The notes under the pieces: model-generated
The model's input: only the letters and a program-made list of their open reading frames with translations
Database searches by the model: none
Told to the model about the DNA's origin: nothing
Shown: one piece after another, positions 22,178 to 31,623 of the stretch
How positions within the stretch are numbered: the first letter of the stretch is position 1
Layout of the letters: the number at the start of each line of letters is the position of its first letter
Program-made: the position numbers and the translations under genes
From: an uncultured Pseudomonadota bacterium
Lineage (GTDB): Bacteria > Pseudomonadota > Gammaproteobacteria > Burkholderiales > Casimicrobiaceae
Direction: 5' to 3'
Assembly (NCBI GenBank): GCA_937898875.1
Contig: CALDKM010000013.1
Location: 1-51,236, forward strand
Length of the DNA: 51,236 nucleotides

Positions 22178-22942
22178 TCAGCCGACGTCGACGGTGAATC
22201 CGGCGTCGAACGACGGGTTCTCGTTCGCGCCGTCCTTCGCGTAGCCGCGCGGGTTGCACACGACGCGCGTCCCTCCGACGTCGTAGTCGAAGCTGTCGTG
22301 CGTGTGCCCGTGGATCCACAGGCTCGCGCGATCGCCGCCGAGGAGACGCGTCGCGTCCGAGACGAAGCCTGCGTTCAGGAGCGAGCCCGCGTAGCGGGGG
22401 TGGATGCTCCGGCGCGCGGGCGCGTGGTGCGTGACGACGACCGTCGGTCCGTCGTGACGACTCGCGAGCCTCGAGTCGAGCCAGGCCGCGTGGCGCGCAT
22501 GCCTTGCCGCCGCATCGTCGGGCGTGAACGGCGCGTCGCCGCGGTCCGCGGCGCGGATGCGCGAGAAGTCGCGCAGGAAGCGGCGCGCGTCCGCCATGGC
22601 GGCGGAGCGGAGCTCGCCGTCGCCGTAGAGCATGAAGTCGGTCCACAGCGTGCTTCCGAGGAAGCGCACGCCGTCCACGACGAGCTCGTCGTCGTCGAGC
22701 ACCCGCACCTTCGTGCGGGCGGCGAGCCGTCGCAGGTCGCGCAGCGTCGCCTCGATGCTCGACCCGTAGAACTCGTGGTTGCCCGGCACGTAGAGCACGG
22801 GCTTCCCGAGCCCCGCGGCCCAGGCGATCGCTTCGCGCGGACGCGCGATGTCTCCCGCCAGCACGAAAAGGTCCGCGTCCGTCGCCGGAATCGGCGGGAC
22901 GCCGCCCGAGAGGTGCAGGTCGGAGAGGATCTGGAGACGCAC
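22178..22942 (-). CDS. Calcineurin-like metallophosphoesterase
   Basis: SDLH, AGD, GNHE, THHAP, HGHTH. Confidence 0.93.
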   Translation of the reverse strand: MRLQILSDLHLSGGVPPIPATDADLFVLAGDIARPREAIAWAAGLGKPVLYVPGNHEFYGSSIEATLRDLRRLAARTKVRVLDDDELVVDGVRFLGSTLWTDFMLYGDGELRSAAMADARRFLRDFSRIRAADRGDAPFTPDDAAARHARHAAWLDSRLASRHDGPTVVVTHHAPARRSIHPRYAGSLLNAGFVSDATRLLGGDRASLWIHGHTHDSFDYDVGGTRVVCNPRGYAKDGANENPSFDAGFTVDVG

Positions 22943-22983
22943 GGCTGCCTCGACGCGCGATGGGCGCCACGATATGATGCACC

Positions 22984-23436
22984 ATGCCCGGCAAAAAACC
23001 GCGCCCGTCTGCGCCCGCGATGACGAAGGACGAGTTCGAGGCGCTCGCGCAGTTCCGCTACGATCTGCGACGGTTCCTCCGCTTCAGCGAGCAGGCGACG
23101 CACGAGCACGGCGTCACGCCCCTGCACTACCTGCTCCTGCTGCAGATCAAGGGCTATCCCGGCCGCGACTGGGCGACCATCACCGAGCTGGCGGAGCGCC
23201 TGCAGGCGAAGCACCACGGCGTGGTCTCGCTCGTGACCCGCTGCGAGTCCGCGGGGCTCGTACGGCGGAGCACGAGCACGGAGGATCGCCGTCGCGTCGA
23301 AGTCCGGCTGACCGCGAAGGGAGCGAAGCTCGTCGAGCGGCTCGCGAACCTCCATCGCCTCGAGCTCATGTCGTTCCGCGACGTCTTCCACGTCTCCGGC
23401 GTGACGGCGCCGCGCGCGGACCGTTCCTGGCGCTGA
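22984..23436 (+). CDS. MarR family transcriptional regulator
   Basis: [16 protein letters not shown], winged [12 protein letters not shown], wing [11 protein letters not shown]. Confidence 0.9.
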   Translation: MPGKKPRPSAPAMTKDEFEALAQFRYDLRRFLRFSEQATHEHGVTPLHYLLLLQIKGYPGRDWATITELAERLQAKHHGVVSLVTRCESAGLVRRSTSTEDRRRVEVRLTAKGAKLVERLANLHRLELMSFRDVFHVSGVTAPRADRSWR

Positions 23437-23452
23437 GCGCGCCGCGCGACCG

Positions 23453-24061
23453 TCATCCGGCCGCCCCGGGCGCCTTCCGCCGCCATACGAGGCAGCGGTT
23501 GTTCGCCGGCATCGCGCGATCCTCGATCCGCTCCAGCCCCGCGCGGCGGGCGAGTTCGTCCACCGCCTCGACGTCGCGCAATCCCTGGTGCGGCGCCTTC
23601 GCCCTGAGCGATGCGTCGAACGAGGCGTTGCCCTCGCTCGTGTGGCGGCCGCCGACGTTGAACGGTCCGTAGATCGCGACCCTCACGTCCGGTGCCAGGA
23701 TCGCGGGCAGTCCCGCGAACAAACGCTCGACCTCGGACCATCCCATGATGTGCAGCGTGTTCGCGCTGAACACCGCGTCGTAGCGGCGGGTCGGCCACGG
23801 GCCGTTCACGTCGAACGCGAAGGGCGCCGGCGTGTTGGGCAGCGCCGCCTCGTCGAGCCAGAGCCGGATGCCCGGGAGATTCTCATCGCGGTCCGAGCAC
23901 TGCCAGACGAGATGCGGCATCGCCGCGGCGAAGTGCACGGCGTGCTGCCCGGTCCCGCTGCCGATCTCGAGCACCTCGCGGCGGTCGGCGAAGTGCTCGC
24001 GCAGCACGGCGAGAATCGGCTCGCGGTTGCGATCGCAGGCAGGGGCGAAGGGCTTGTCCAT
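23453..24061 (-). CDS. DUF938-family class I SAM-dependent methyltransferase
   Basis: [37 protein letters not shown]. Confidence 0.9.
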   Translation of the reverse strand: MDKPFAPACDRNREPILAVLREHFADRREVLEIGSGTGQHAVHFAAAMPHLVWQCSDRDENLPGIRLWLDEAALPNTPAPFAFDVNGPWPTRRYDAVFSANTLHIMGWSEVERLFAGLPAILAPDVRVAIYGPFNVGGRHTSEGNASFDASLRAKAPHQGLRDVEAVDELARRAGLERIEDRAMPANNRCLVWRRKAPGAAG

Positions 24062-24203
24062 CGCGATCCGGCCGGTCGGGCCGGCGGGAGCCTCCATTGT
24101 CGCCGAACGGCGGCTTTGCACAATGGACGCGGCGTCGCACCGATCCCGAGCTCACGGCCGCCGCGTCGCCGAAGAGCGCAGTCGGCGAAGGCACGCGCGG
24201 CGA

Positions 24204-24232
24204 TTGCACTCCGGCCGGGAGGCGTGTTCAAT
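24204..24232 (+). promoter_or_regulatory. Putative sigma70 promoter of the Mo-enzyme/sox-like operon
   Basis: TTGCAC-17 nt-TTCAAT, flanked by a cgattg/caatcg inverted pair. Confidence 0.4.
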
Positions 24233-24292
24233 CGAGCCCATGGCGCCGGCGCCCGCGGCGCTTCATGGATCCACGCGCGCAAGGAGGCATCG

Positions 24293-24796
24293 ATGGCCCG
24301 GTTGACCGTCAACGGCAAGGTCCGCGAGTTCGAGGCCGAGCCGGATACGCCGCTGCTCTGGGTGCTGCGCGAGCAGCTCGGGCTCACCGGCACCAAGTAC
24401 GGATGCGGCGTGGCGCAGTGCGGGTCCTGCACCGTCCACGTCGACGGCGTCGCGGTGCGCAGCTGCGTGCGTCCGGTCTCGACGGTCGGCGAGGCCGAGA
24501 AGATCGTGACGATCGAGGGACTGTCGCCCACGGGTTCGCATCCGGTGCAGAAGGCCTGGGCCGCGCTCGACGTGCCCCAGTGCGGCTACTGCCAGGCGGG
24601 CATGATCATGGCCGCCGCGTCGCTGCTGCGCTCGACCCCGAATCCGACCGACGCCGACATCGACGCCCAGATGACCAACATCTGCCGCTGCGGGACGTAC
24701 AACCGCGTGCGTGCCGCCATCAAGGCCGCCGCGAAGGGCGGCGACACGAAGAGCGCCGGACTCGCGATCCGCCACGCCGACGGGAGCACGACGTGA
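24293..24796 (+). CDS. (2Fe-2S)-binding small subunit, IorA/CoxS-like
   Basis: [39 protein letters not shown]. Confidence 0.94.
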   Translation: MARLTVNGKVREFEAEPDTPLLWVLREQLGLTGTKYGCGVAQCGSCTVHVDGVAVRSCVRPVSTVGEAEKIVTIEGLSPTGSHPVQKAWAALDVPQCGYCQAGMIMAAASLLRSTPNPTDADIDAQMTNICRCGTYNRVRAAIKAAAKGGDTKSAGLAIRHADGSTT

Positions 24797-26967
24797 CCCC
24801 GTCGATCTCGCGTCGCCGCTTCATCGTCGCGTCGGCCGCCGCCACCGGCGGCCTCGTCGTCGGATTCCACGTTCCTTTCGCGGGGCCCGCGAACGCGCAG
24901 GCAACCGCCGCGCCCGAGGTCAACGCCTGGGTCGTCGTGCAGCCGGACGACGTCGTCGTGATCCGCATCGCCCGCTCGGAGATGGGTCAGGGCACGCTGA
25001 CCGGACTCGCGCAGCTGGTCGCCGAGGAGCTCGACTGCGACTGGGCGAAGGTGCGTACCGAGTTCCCGACGCCCGGACAGAACCTCGCGCGAAACCGCGC
25101 CTGGGGCAGCTTCTCGACCGGCGGCAGCCGCGGCATCCGCGAGTCGAACGAGTACGTGCGCAAGGGCGGCGCTGCCGCGCGGACGATGCTCGTGCAGGCG
25201 GCGGCGGACCGGTGGGGCGTGCCGGCGGCCGAGTGCGTCGCGGTGAAGGGCACGATCACGCACGCCCCGACCGGACGCCGGACGACCTACGGCAAGGTGG
25301 CCGAAGCGGCGTCGAAGCTCGCGCCGCCGCCGAACGTGCCGCTCAAGGATCCGAAGGACTGGACGATCGCGGGCCAGCGCCTCGCGCGCCTCGACACCGT
25401 CGACAAGACGACCGGCGCGCTCGTGTACGGCATCGACCTCGCGATGCCCGGCATGCTGAACGCGGCGATCCGGGACTGCCCGGTGTTCGGCGGGAAGGTG
25501 AAGGGCTTCGACGCCGCCGTCGCGATGAAGCGCCCGGGTGTGAGGAAGGTGATGCGCATCGGCGACTCGGCGGTCGCGGTGGTCGCCGACACGTGGTGGC
25601 ACGCGAAGTCCGCACTCGACGCGCTGCCGATCGACTGGGACTACGGCCCGCATGCGGACGCGTCGAGCGCGAAGTTCGCGGCGGTGATGAAGGACGGACT
25701 CGACGCGCAGGTCGCGGCGGTCGGCAACCAGGTCGGCGACGCGAGAGCCGCGATCGCGGCGTCGCCGCGCAGGATCGAGGCGGTCTACGCGTATCCGCAT
25801 CAGAATCACGCGACGATGGAGCCGATGAACGCAACGGCCCGCTGGACGCCGGAGCGCTGCGAAGTGTGGACGCCGACGCAGAACGGCGAGGCCGCGCTCG
25901 CGGCGGCGTCCGAGGCCTCGGGCCTGCCGCTCGCGAAATGCGAGGTCTACAAGACGCTCCTGGGCGGCGGCTTCGGACGGCGCGGCGCGGTGCACGACTG
26001 GGTGCGGCAGGCGGTCGCGATCGCGAAGGAGATGCCCGGCACGCCGGTCAAGCTCGTCTGGTCGCGCGAGGAGGACATGCAGCACGGGCGTTACCACCCG
26101 GTCACGCAGTGCAGGCTCGTCGCGGGCCTCGACGCCCAGGGCGACGTTACCGGGCTGCACATGCGGATCTCGGGCCAGTCGATCCTGGCCGGCGTGTTCC
26201 CGGACAACGTCCGCGACGGCAGGGACCCGGCCACGTTCCAGGGCCTCAATCCGCCGGGGCCGGAGGCGTCGATCGGCTACACGTTCCCCGCGCTGCTCGT
26301 CGACCACGCGATGCGCAACCCGCACGTGCCGCCGGGGTTCTGGCGCGGCGTCAACCTCAACCAGAACACGATCTACCTCGAGTGCTTCATCGACGAGATC
26401 GCGCATGCGACCCGGCAGGATCCGCTCGCGCTGCGGCGCAAGCTGATGGCGAACCACCCGAAGCACCTCGGCGTGCTGAACGCGGTCGCGGAGCGCGCGG
26501 GCTGGGGCAGGCCCGCGCCGGCGGGCGTCCACCGCGGGCTCGCGCAGGCGATGGGCTTCGGGAGCTACGTCGCCGCGTGCGCGGAAGTGTCGGTGAGCCG
26601 GGACGGGACGCTGAAGATCCACCGGATCGTCGCGGCAACCGATCCGGGCCACGCGGTGAATCCGCAGCAGATCGAGGCGCAGGTCGAGGGCTCGTTCGCG
26701 TATGGCCTGTCGGCCGCGCTCTACGGCGAGTGCACGGTGAAGGACGGGCGCATCGAGCAGGCCAACTTCGACACCTACCGCATCCTGCGGATGGACGAGA
26801 TGCCGCGCGTCGAGACGATCGTGATGCCGTCGGGCGGATTCTGGGGCGGCGTCGGCGAGCCGACGATCGCGGTCGCGGCGCCCGCGGTGCTCAACGCGAT
26901 CTTCGCGGCGACCGGCAAGCGGATCCGCGAGTTGCCGCTCAAGAACCACAGTCTGGCGAGCGCGTGA
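24793..26967 (+). CDS. Xanthine-oxidase-family molybdopterin-binding subunit (IorB-like) with Tat signal
   Basis: SRRRFIV twin-arginine signal. [40 protein letters not shown]. Confidence 0.93.
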   Translation: MTPSISRRRFIVASAAATGGLVVGFHVPFAGPANAQATAAPEVNAWVVVQPDDVVVIRIARSEMGQGTLTGLAQLVAEELDCDWAKVRTEFPTPGQNLARNRAWGSFSTGGSRGIRESNEYVRKGGAAARTMLVQAAADRWGVPAAECVAVKGTITHAPTGRRTTYGKVAEAASKLAPPPNVPLKDPKDWTIAGQRLARLDTVDKTTGALVYGIDLAMPGMLNAAIRDCPVFGGKVKGFDAAVAMKRPGVRKVMRIGDSAVAVVADTWWHAKSALDALPIDWDYGPHADASSAKFAAVMKDGLDAQVAAVGNQVGDARAAIAASPRRIEAVYAYPHQNHATMEPMNATARWTPERCEVWTPTQNGEAALAAASEASGLPLAKCEVYKTLLGGGFGRRGAVHDWVRQAVAIAKEMPGTPVKLVWSREEDMQHGRYHPVTQCRLVAGLDAQGDVTGLHMRISGQSILAGVFPDNVRDGRDPATFQGLNPPGPEASIGYTFPALLVDHAMRNPHVPPGFWRGVNLNQNTIYLECFIDEIAHATRQDPLALRRKLMANHPKHLGVLNAVAERAGWGRPAPAGVHRGLAQAMGFGSYVAACAEVSVSRDGTLKIHRIVAATDPGHAVNPQQIEAQVEGSFAYGLSAALYGECTVKDGRIEQANFDTYRILRMDEMPRVETIVMPSGGFWGGVGEPTIAVAAPAVLNAIFAATGKRIRELPLKNHSLASA

Positions 26968-27458
26968 GCAGAGGCCCCGGGAGCCGGCGCAAGGTGCTCG
27001 CGGCGCTCGCGTTCGCCCTGCCTGCGCCGCTCCTCGCCCAGTCCCCGATCCGGGTGCCGCTCGTGCCGTTCGAGGTCGTCGGCGACGCGATCCCTGCCCC
27101 GCTCACCGGCGTGCCCGGGGACGCCGCCCGGGGACGCGCGATCGTCGTCGATCGCCGGACGGGGATGTGCCTGCTGTGCCACGCAGGTCCCTTTCCGGAG
27201 GAGCGCGCCCAGGGCACGATCGGCCCCGACCTGAGCGGGGTCGGCGTGCGGCTCGACCGGGCGCAGCTGCGCCTGCGGATCGTGGATGCGCGGCTGGCGC
27301 AGGCGGCGACCACGATGCCCTCGTACTACCGCATCGACGGCCTGACGCGCGTCGGGACCGCCTGGCGCGGGCGGCCGATCCTCTCGGCGCAGCAGGTCGA
27401 GGACGTCGTGGCGCTGCTCGCGTCGCTCGGGGACCCGACGAAGCCCGCGACCCGATGA
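26964..27458 (+). CDS. soxX: SoxX-like monoheme c-type cytochrome
   Basis: GDAIPAPLTGVPGDAARGR, CLLCH, GTIGPDLSG, TTMPSYY. Confidence 0.88.
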   Translation: MSRGPGSRRKVLAALAFALPAPLLAQSPIRVPLVPFEVVGDAIPAPLTGVPGDAARGRAIVVDRRTGMCLLCHAGPFPEERAQGTIGPDLSGVGVRLDRAQLRLRIVDARLAQAATTMPSYYRIDGLTRVGTAWRGRPILSAQQVEDVVALLASLGDPTKPATR

Positions 27459-27925
27459 GAGCTCCCTCCCGCTCCGATGGCACCAGGCGCCGGCTGCTCG
27501 TCGCGGGCGCGGGGCTCGGCGCCTGGCTCGTCGTGCGCCCGGCCGCCGGCGCGTCCGAGGACCTCGCCGCGGCGATCCGTGCCTACACGGGCGGCGCCGA
27601 CGCGCGGCCGGGGAGGGTGAGGCTCGACGTGCCGAAGCTCGTGGACAACGGCAACTCGGTGCCGCTCACCGTGAGCGTCGACAGCCCGATGACGCCGTCG
27701 GACCACGTCGCGGCGATCGCGATCTTCAACGAGCGCAATCCCGAGCGCGACGTGGCGCGCTTCGCGCTCGGGCCCCGCTCGGGGCTCGCGCGCGTGTCGA
27801 CGCGCATCCGACTCGCGACGTCGCAGAGGCTCGTCGCGGTCGCGAGGACGAGCGACGGCGCTCACTGGTCCGACGCGATCGACGTCGTCGTCGTGCTGGC
27901 GGCCTGCATCGAAGGGGAATCGTGA
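27455..27925 (+). CDS. SoxY-related AACIE-arm sulfur-carrier paralog
   Basis: Tat-like TRRRLL, DNGNSVP, VSTRIRL. C-terminus is VVLAACIEGES instead of the canonical GGCGG. Confidence 0.9.
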   Translation: MRAPSRSDGTRRRLLVAGAGLGAWLVVRPAAGASEDLAAAIRAYTGGADARPGRVRLDVPKLVDNGNSVPLTVSVDSPMTPSDHVAAIAIFNERNPERDVARFALGPRSGLARVSTRIRLATSQRLVAVARTSDGAHWSDAIDVVVVLAACIEGES

Positions 27926-28245
27926 TGGCACGCGCGATCGTCTCCGTGCCTCCTGCTGCGAAGCGCGGCGACGTGATCGAGATCCGTACGCTGATCGCGC
28001 ACCCGATGGAGACAGGCTTTCGCGCGGATGCCGAGGGACGGCGCGTGCCGCGCGATCTCATCCGGCGCTTCACGTGCCGGTACAACGGCGAGGTCGTGTT
28101 CGCCGCGGAACTCTTCCCGGCGGCGGCCGCGAATCCGTCGCTCGTGTTCCACACGATCGCGGTCGAGAGCGGGACGCTCGCGTTCACCTGGGAGGGCGAC
28201 AACGGGTTCGCGCAGACCGAGACGGCCGCGATCCGCGTCACATGA
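27925..28245 (+). CDS. soxZ: SoxZ-like protein
   Basis: LIAHPMETGFR, AANPSL. No signal peptide (consistent with piggyback export on SoxY). Confidence 0.9.
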   Translation: MARAIVSVPPAAKRGDVIEIRTLIAHPMETGFRADAEGRRVPRDLIRRFTCRYNGEVVFAAELFPAAAANPSLVFHTIAVESGTLAFTWEGDNGFAQTETAAIRVT

Positions 28246-29024
28246 GCGCTCGCCGCGCGGCGCTCGCCGCCACCGCATTCGCGGTTGCCGGGGCGTGCGC
28301 GTCGTTCGCGTCCGGGCAGGCCGACACGCGCCGCTCCGGCGCCGAGTTCATGAGTCCGGCGACGCAGGCGATCGAGCGCGACGACACGCAGAACCCGGCG
28401 ATGCTCTGGGTCGCGGACGGCGAGGCGCTCTGGATCCGCAAGGCGGGCAGGGCGGGCAGGGCCTGTGTCGACTGCCACGGCGACGCGCGAATCTCGATGC
28501 GGGGCGTCGCGGCGCGCTACCCGGCGTTCGACGCCGTCGCGGGGCGACCGGTCGACCTCGGGCAGCGCGTCGACCTGTGCGCGCAACGCCATCAGCAGGC
28601 CGAATCGCTCCCGCCCGAAAGCGGCCCTCGTCTGGCGCTCGAGAGCTACGTCGCGCTTCAGTCGCGCGGCATGCCGATCGCGCCGCCCGCCGATCCGCGG
28701 CTCGACGCCTGGCGAGACCGCGGGGACGCACTCTACCGGCAGCGGATCGGCCTGCTCGACCTCGCGTGCGAGCAGTGCCACGACGCACTGTCGGGCCGGC
28801 GGCTCGGCGGCAGCGTCATCCCGCAGGCGCATCCGACCGGCTATCCGATCTATCGCCTCGAGTGGCAGACGATGGGCTCGCTGCAGCGGCGCCTGAGAAG
28901 CTGCATGAGCGGAGTGCGCGCCGAGGTGCCGCCCTACGGTGCGCCGGAGCTCGTCGAGCTCGAGCTCCACCTCATGTCCAGGGCGGCCGGCATGGCGGTC
29001 GACGCACCCGGCGTGCGACCTTGA
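28242..29024 (+). CDS. soxA: SoxA-like diheme c-type cytochrome
   Basis: DDTQNPAMLWV, CVDCH, CEQCH, GYPIYRLEWQTMGSLQRRLRSC (active-site Cys), C-terminal PGVRP. Confidence 0.9.
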   Translation: MSARRAALAATAFAVAGACASFASGQADTRRSGAEFMSPATQAIERDDTQNPAMLWVADGEALWIRKAGRAGRACVDCHGDARISMRGVAARYPAFDAVAGRPVDLGQRVDLCAQRHQQAESLPPESGPRLALESYVALQSRGMPIAPPADPRLDAWRDRGDALYRQRIGLLDLACEQCHDALSGRRLGGSVIPQAHPTGYPIYRLEWQTMGSLQRRLRSCMSGVRAEVPPYGAPELVELELHLMSRAAGMAVDAPGVRP

Positions 29025-29284
29025 GGGCGGGTCCGCGGGGGATGGCACCCTGTCGTCCCGCGCGCCTGCGAGGCGCGCCCGTCGGGACCGTGCGCAGAGC
29101 GCGGGAGTCCCGATGATCCACGCCGCCGCCGACATCCCCTGCTGCACACCTGGAGCGCGCCGTTCGGCCAGTCGCCGTCCGAGCGCATCGGGCCTTCGCA
29201 CGTCGTCCCGGCGCGCGACGAAGTAGACTGGCGGCTTTCGGGCATCGCCGGCGGTCCCGGCGCGCCGCTTGAGGGGGGTCTTCG

Positions 29285-30448
29285 ATGAAATGCACGCTGG
29301 TCGGTTCCCGCTACTTCGGGGCCGCGGTACTCGACGCACTGCTCGGGGACGGCACGCACATCGTGCGCGTCGTCGCGCCCGCGGCCGACGACCGGCTCGC
29401 GCTCGCGGCGCAGAAGGCGGGCATTCCGGTGCACGTCCTGGCGAATCCGAAGATCGTTCCCGGCGACGCGATCGCCGACGGCACCGACCTGATCGTCGCC
29501 GCGCACACCCACGCGCGCGTGAGCAACGAGGCGCTCGCCCGATCGCGCCTGGGCGGCATCGGCTACCACCCGTCGCTGCTTCCGCGCCACCGCGGCATCG
29601 CCGCGGTCGAGTGGACGATCATGGAGAACGACCCGATCGCCGGCGGCTCCGTCTACCACCTGGCCGACGGGTGGGACGCGGGCGGCGTCGCGATGCAGGA
29701 CTGGTGCTTCGTCGCGAAGGGCGAATCCGCGCGGGAGCTGTGGGAGCGCGCGCTCGCGCCGATGGGCCTCGATCTGCTGAAGCGCGTCGTGCGCCATGCG
29801 AAGGAGCACGGCTCGCTTCCGTCGCACAGGCAGGACGAGCGCTTCGCGACGAAGGCGCCCATGATCAGGCGCACCGTCACGCTGACCGAGGGACACCGCG
29901 CGCCGACCGCGTCGCTCGCGGTGACCGTCGTGGGGCCCGATCGCCCCGGCATCGTGAAGCTCCTCGCCGAGCGGGCGAAGGGCTTCGGCGCCAACTGGAC
30001 GGCGAGCCGCATGGCCAACCTCGCCGGCCAGTTCGCCGGCATCGTGCACCTCGACGTGCCCGCGGAGAACGCCGACGCGCTCGCGAACGCGCTGTCCGCG
30101 CTCGAGTCGACCGGCCTGCGCGTCGTGATCGCGAAGAGCGAGGCCGTGGCCGCCCCGGCGGGACGTCGCGCGATCAAGCTCGAGCTCGCGGGACCGGACC
30201 GCCCCGGCATCGTCCGCGACCTGTCGACGAGCCTCGCCGAGCGCGGCGTGTCGATCGAGGACCTGCACACCGAGGTCGTCGACGGCGCGGGCGCGGCCGA
30301 GCACGTCTTCGAGGTCCGGGCGCTGCTGTTCGTGCCCAACGCGCTCTCCAACGACGACCTGCAGCGCGCCCTCGACGCGCTCGCGAGCGAGATGAGGATG
30401 GACCTCGCGCTGGGCGAGAAGCAGGGGCTGGGCGCCGCGCGCGCCTGA
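29285..30448 (+). CDS. Formyltransferase/10-formyl-THF hydrolase-like domain fused to two GcvR-like ACT domains
   Basis: YHPSLLPRHRG..DGWDAG, then VGPDRPGIV..SRMANLAGQFA and AGPDRPGIV..SIEDLHT. Confidence 0.85.
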   Translation: MKCTLVGSRYFGAAVLDALLGDGTHIVRVVAPAADDRLALAAQKAGIPVHVLANPKIVPGDAIADGTDLIVAAHTHARVSNEALARSRLGGIGYHPSLLPRHRGIAAVEWTIMENDPIAGGSVYHLADGWDAGGVAMQDWCFVAKGESARELWERALAPMGLDLLKRVVRHAKEHGSLPSHRQDERFATKAPMIRRTVTLTEGHRAPTASLAVTVVGPDRPGIVKLLAERAKGFGANWTASRMANLAGQFAGIVHLDVPAENADALANALSALESTGLRVVIAKSEAVAAPAGRRAIKLELAGPDRPGIVRDLSTSLAERGVSIEDLHTEVVDGAGAAEHVFEVRALLFVPNALSNDDLQRALDALASEMRMDLALGEKQGLGAARA

Positions 30449-30475
30449 GTCCCGCCCGCGGGCGGAGGGAGACCG

Positions 30476-31432
30476 ATGGCCGGCACCGGCCTGATCGCGC
30501 TGATCGACGACGTCGCGAGCATCCTCGACGACGTGTCGGTGCTGACGAAGGTCGCGGCGCAGAAGACGGCCGGCGTGCTGGGCGACGACCTGGCGCTCAA
30601 TGCCCAGCAGGTCTCCGGCGTCCGGGCCGAACGCGAGCTGCCGGTCGTCTGGGCGGTCGCGAAGGGATCGACCGTCAACAAGGCGATCCTCGTTCCGGCG
30701 GCGCTCGCGATCAGCGCGTTCGCCCCCTGGGCGATCATGCCGCTCCTGATGGCGGGTGGCGTGTTCCTCTGCTACGAGGGCTTCGAGAAGCTCGCGCACC
30801 GGCTCCTGCACGGCGGTGACGTCGAGGCGGCGAAGGAGCGAAAGCTGCGCGAGGCGTTCGCCGACGCGTCGACCGACCTGGTCGCGTTCGAGCGCGGCAA
30901 GATCCGGGGCGCCGTGCGCACCGACTTCATCCTGTCGGCGGAGATCATCGTGATCGCGCTCGGCACGGTCGCCGGCGCCGCGTTCGCGACGCAGGTGTCG
31001 GTGCTCGCCGGCATCGCGGTCCTGATGACCGTCGGCGTCTACGGCATCGTGGCCGGCATCGTGAAGCTCGACGACGCGGGGGCGTGGCTCGCGCGCCGGG
31101 CGGGGGAAGGAACGTGGGCGCGGGCGCAGCGAGCTTGCGGCGCCGCGATCCTCTCCGCCGCACCGTGGTTGATGAAGACGCTGTCGGTCGTCGGGACCGC
31201 CGCGATGTTCCTCGTCGGCGGCGGCATTCTCGCGCACGGCATCCCATGGCTGGGCCACGGGATCGGGGCGCTCGCCGCGAAGGCGGCCGCCATTCCCGTC
31301 GGCGGGGCGGCGATCGGGCACCTCGGATCGTTGCTCGGCAATGCGATCGTCGGCGTTGTCGCGGGGGCGCTGGCCGTCGCGGTCGCGATCCTGGTGCGGC
31401 GCGCCATCCCGTCGCGGGGCGCGCCGGCATAG
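30476..31432 (+). CDS. yedI: DUF808 (YedI-like) inner membrane protein
   Basis: [67 protein letters not shown]. Confidence 0.9.
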   Translation: MAGTGLIALIDDVASILDDVSVLTKVAAQKTAGVLGDDLALNAQQVSGVRAERELPVVWAVAKGSTVNKAILVPAALAISAFAPWAIMPLLMAGGVFLCYEGFEKLAHRLLHGGDVEAAKERKLREAFADASTDLVAFERGKIRGAVRTDFILSAEIIVIALGTVAGAAFATQVSVLAGIAVLMTVGVYGIVAGIVKLDDAGAWLARRAGEGTWARAQRACGAAILSAAPWLMKTLSVVGTAAMFLVGGGILAHGIPWLGHGIGALAAKAAAIPVGGAAIGHLGSLLGNAIVGVVAGALAVAVAILVRRAIPSRGAPA

Positions 31433-31623
31433 ACGTCGCGAGCGGGTCGGCGATCCCGCGGAAGTCGTCCTGCCGGCGCCGGGCGCGCGGACGGCGTCGC
31501 CATTCTGCCGCGAAGCGTTCCCCCCCGCGCGCGCGCGTGGCACAATCGCCGCGCCGCCGCGGGCGCCCGTGCCCGCGGGACGAGCGCCCGGATCGCCGAC
31601 GCGGAGAGTCTCGAGGACCGTGC

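Noticed and set aside
26964-29024. Canonical thiosulfate-oxidising Sox pathway
   Set aside because: SoxY lacks GGCGG and there is no soxB/soxCD here. These genes alone do not demonstrate lithotrophic thiosulfate oxidation.
29190-29284. ZMP/ZTP riboswitch upstream of the formyltransferase-ACT gene (contains GACTGGCG)
   Set aside because: The GGTGGG/CCAC helix and the CGCCTGGG 3' element are absent. The overlapping TAGACT is more simply a -10 element.
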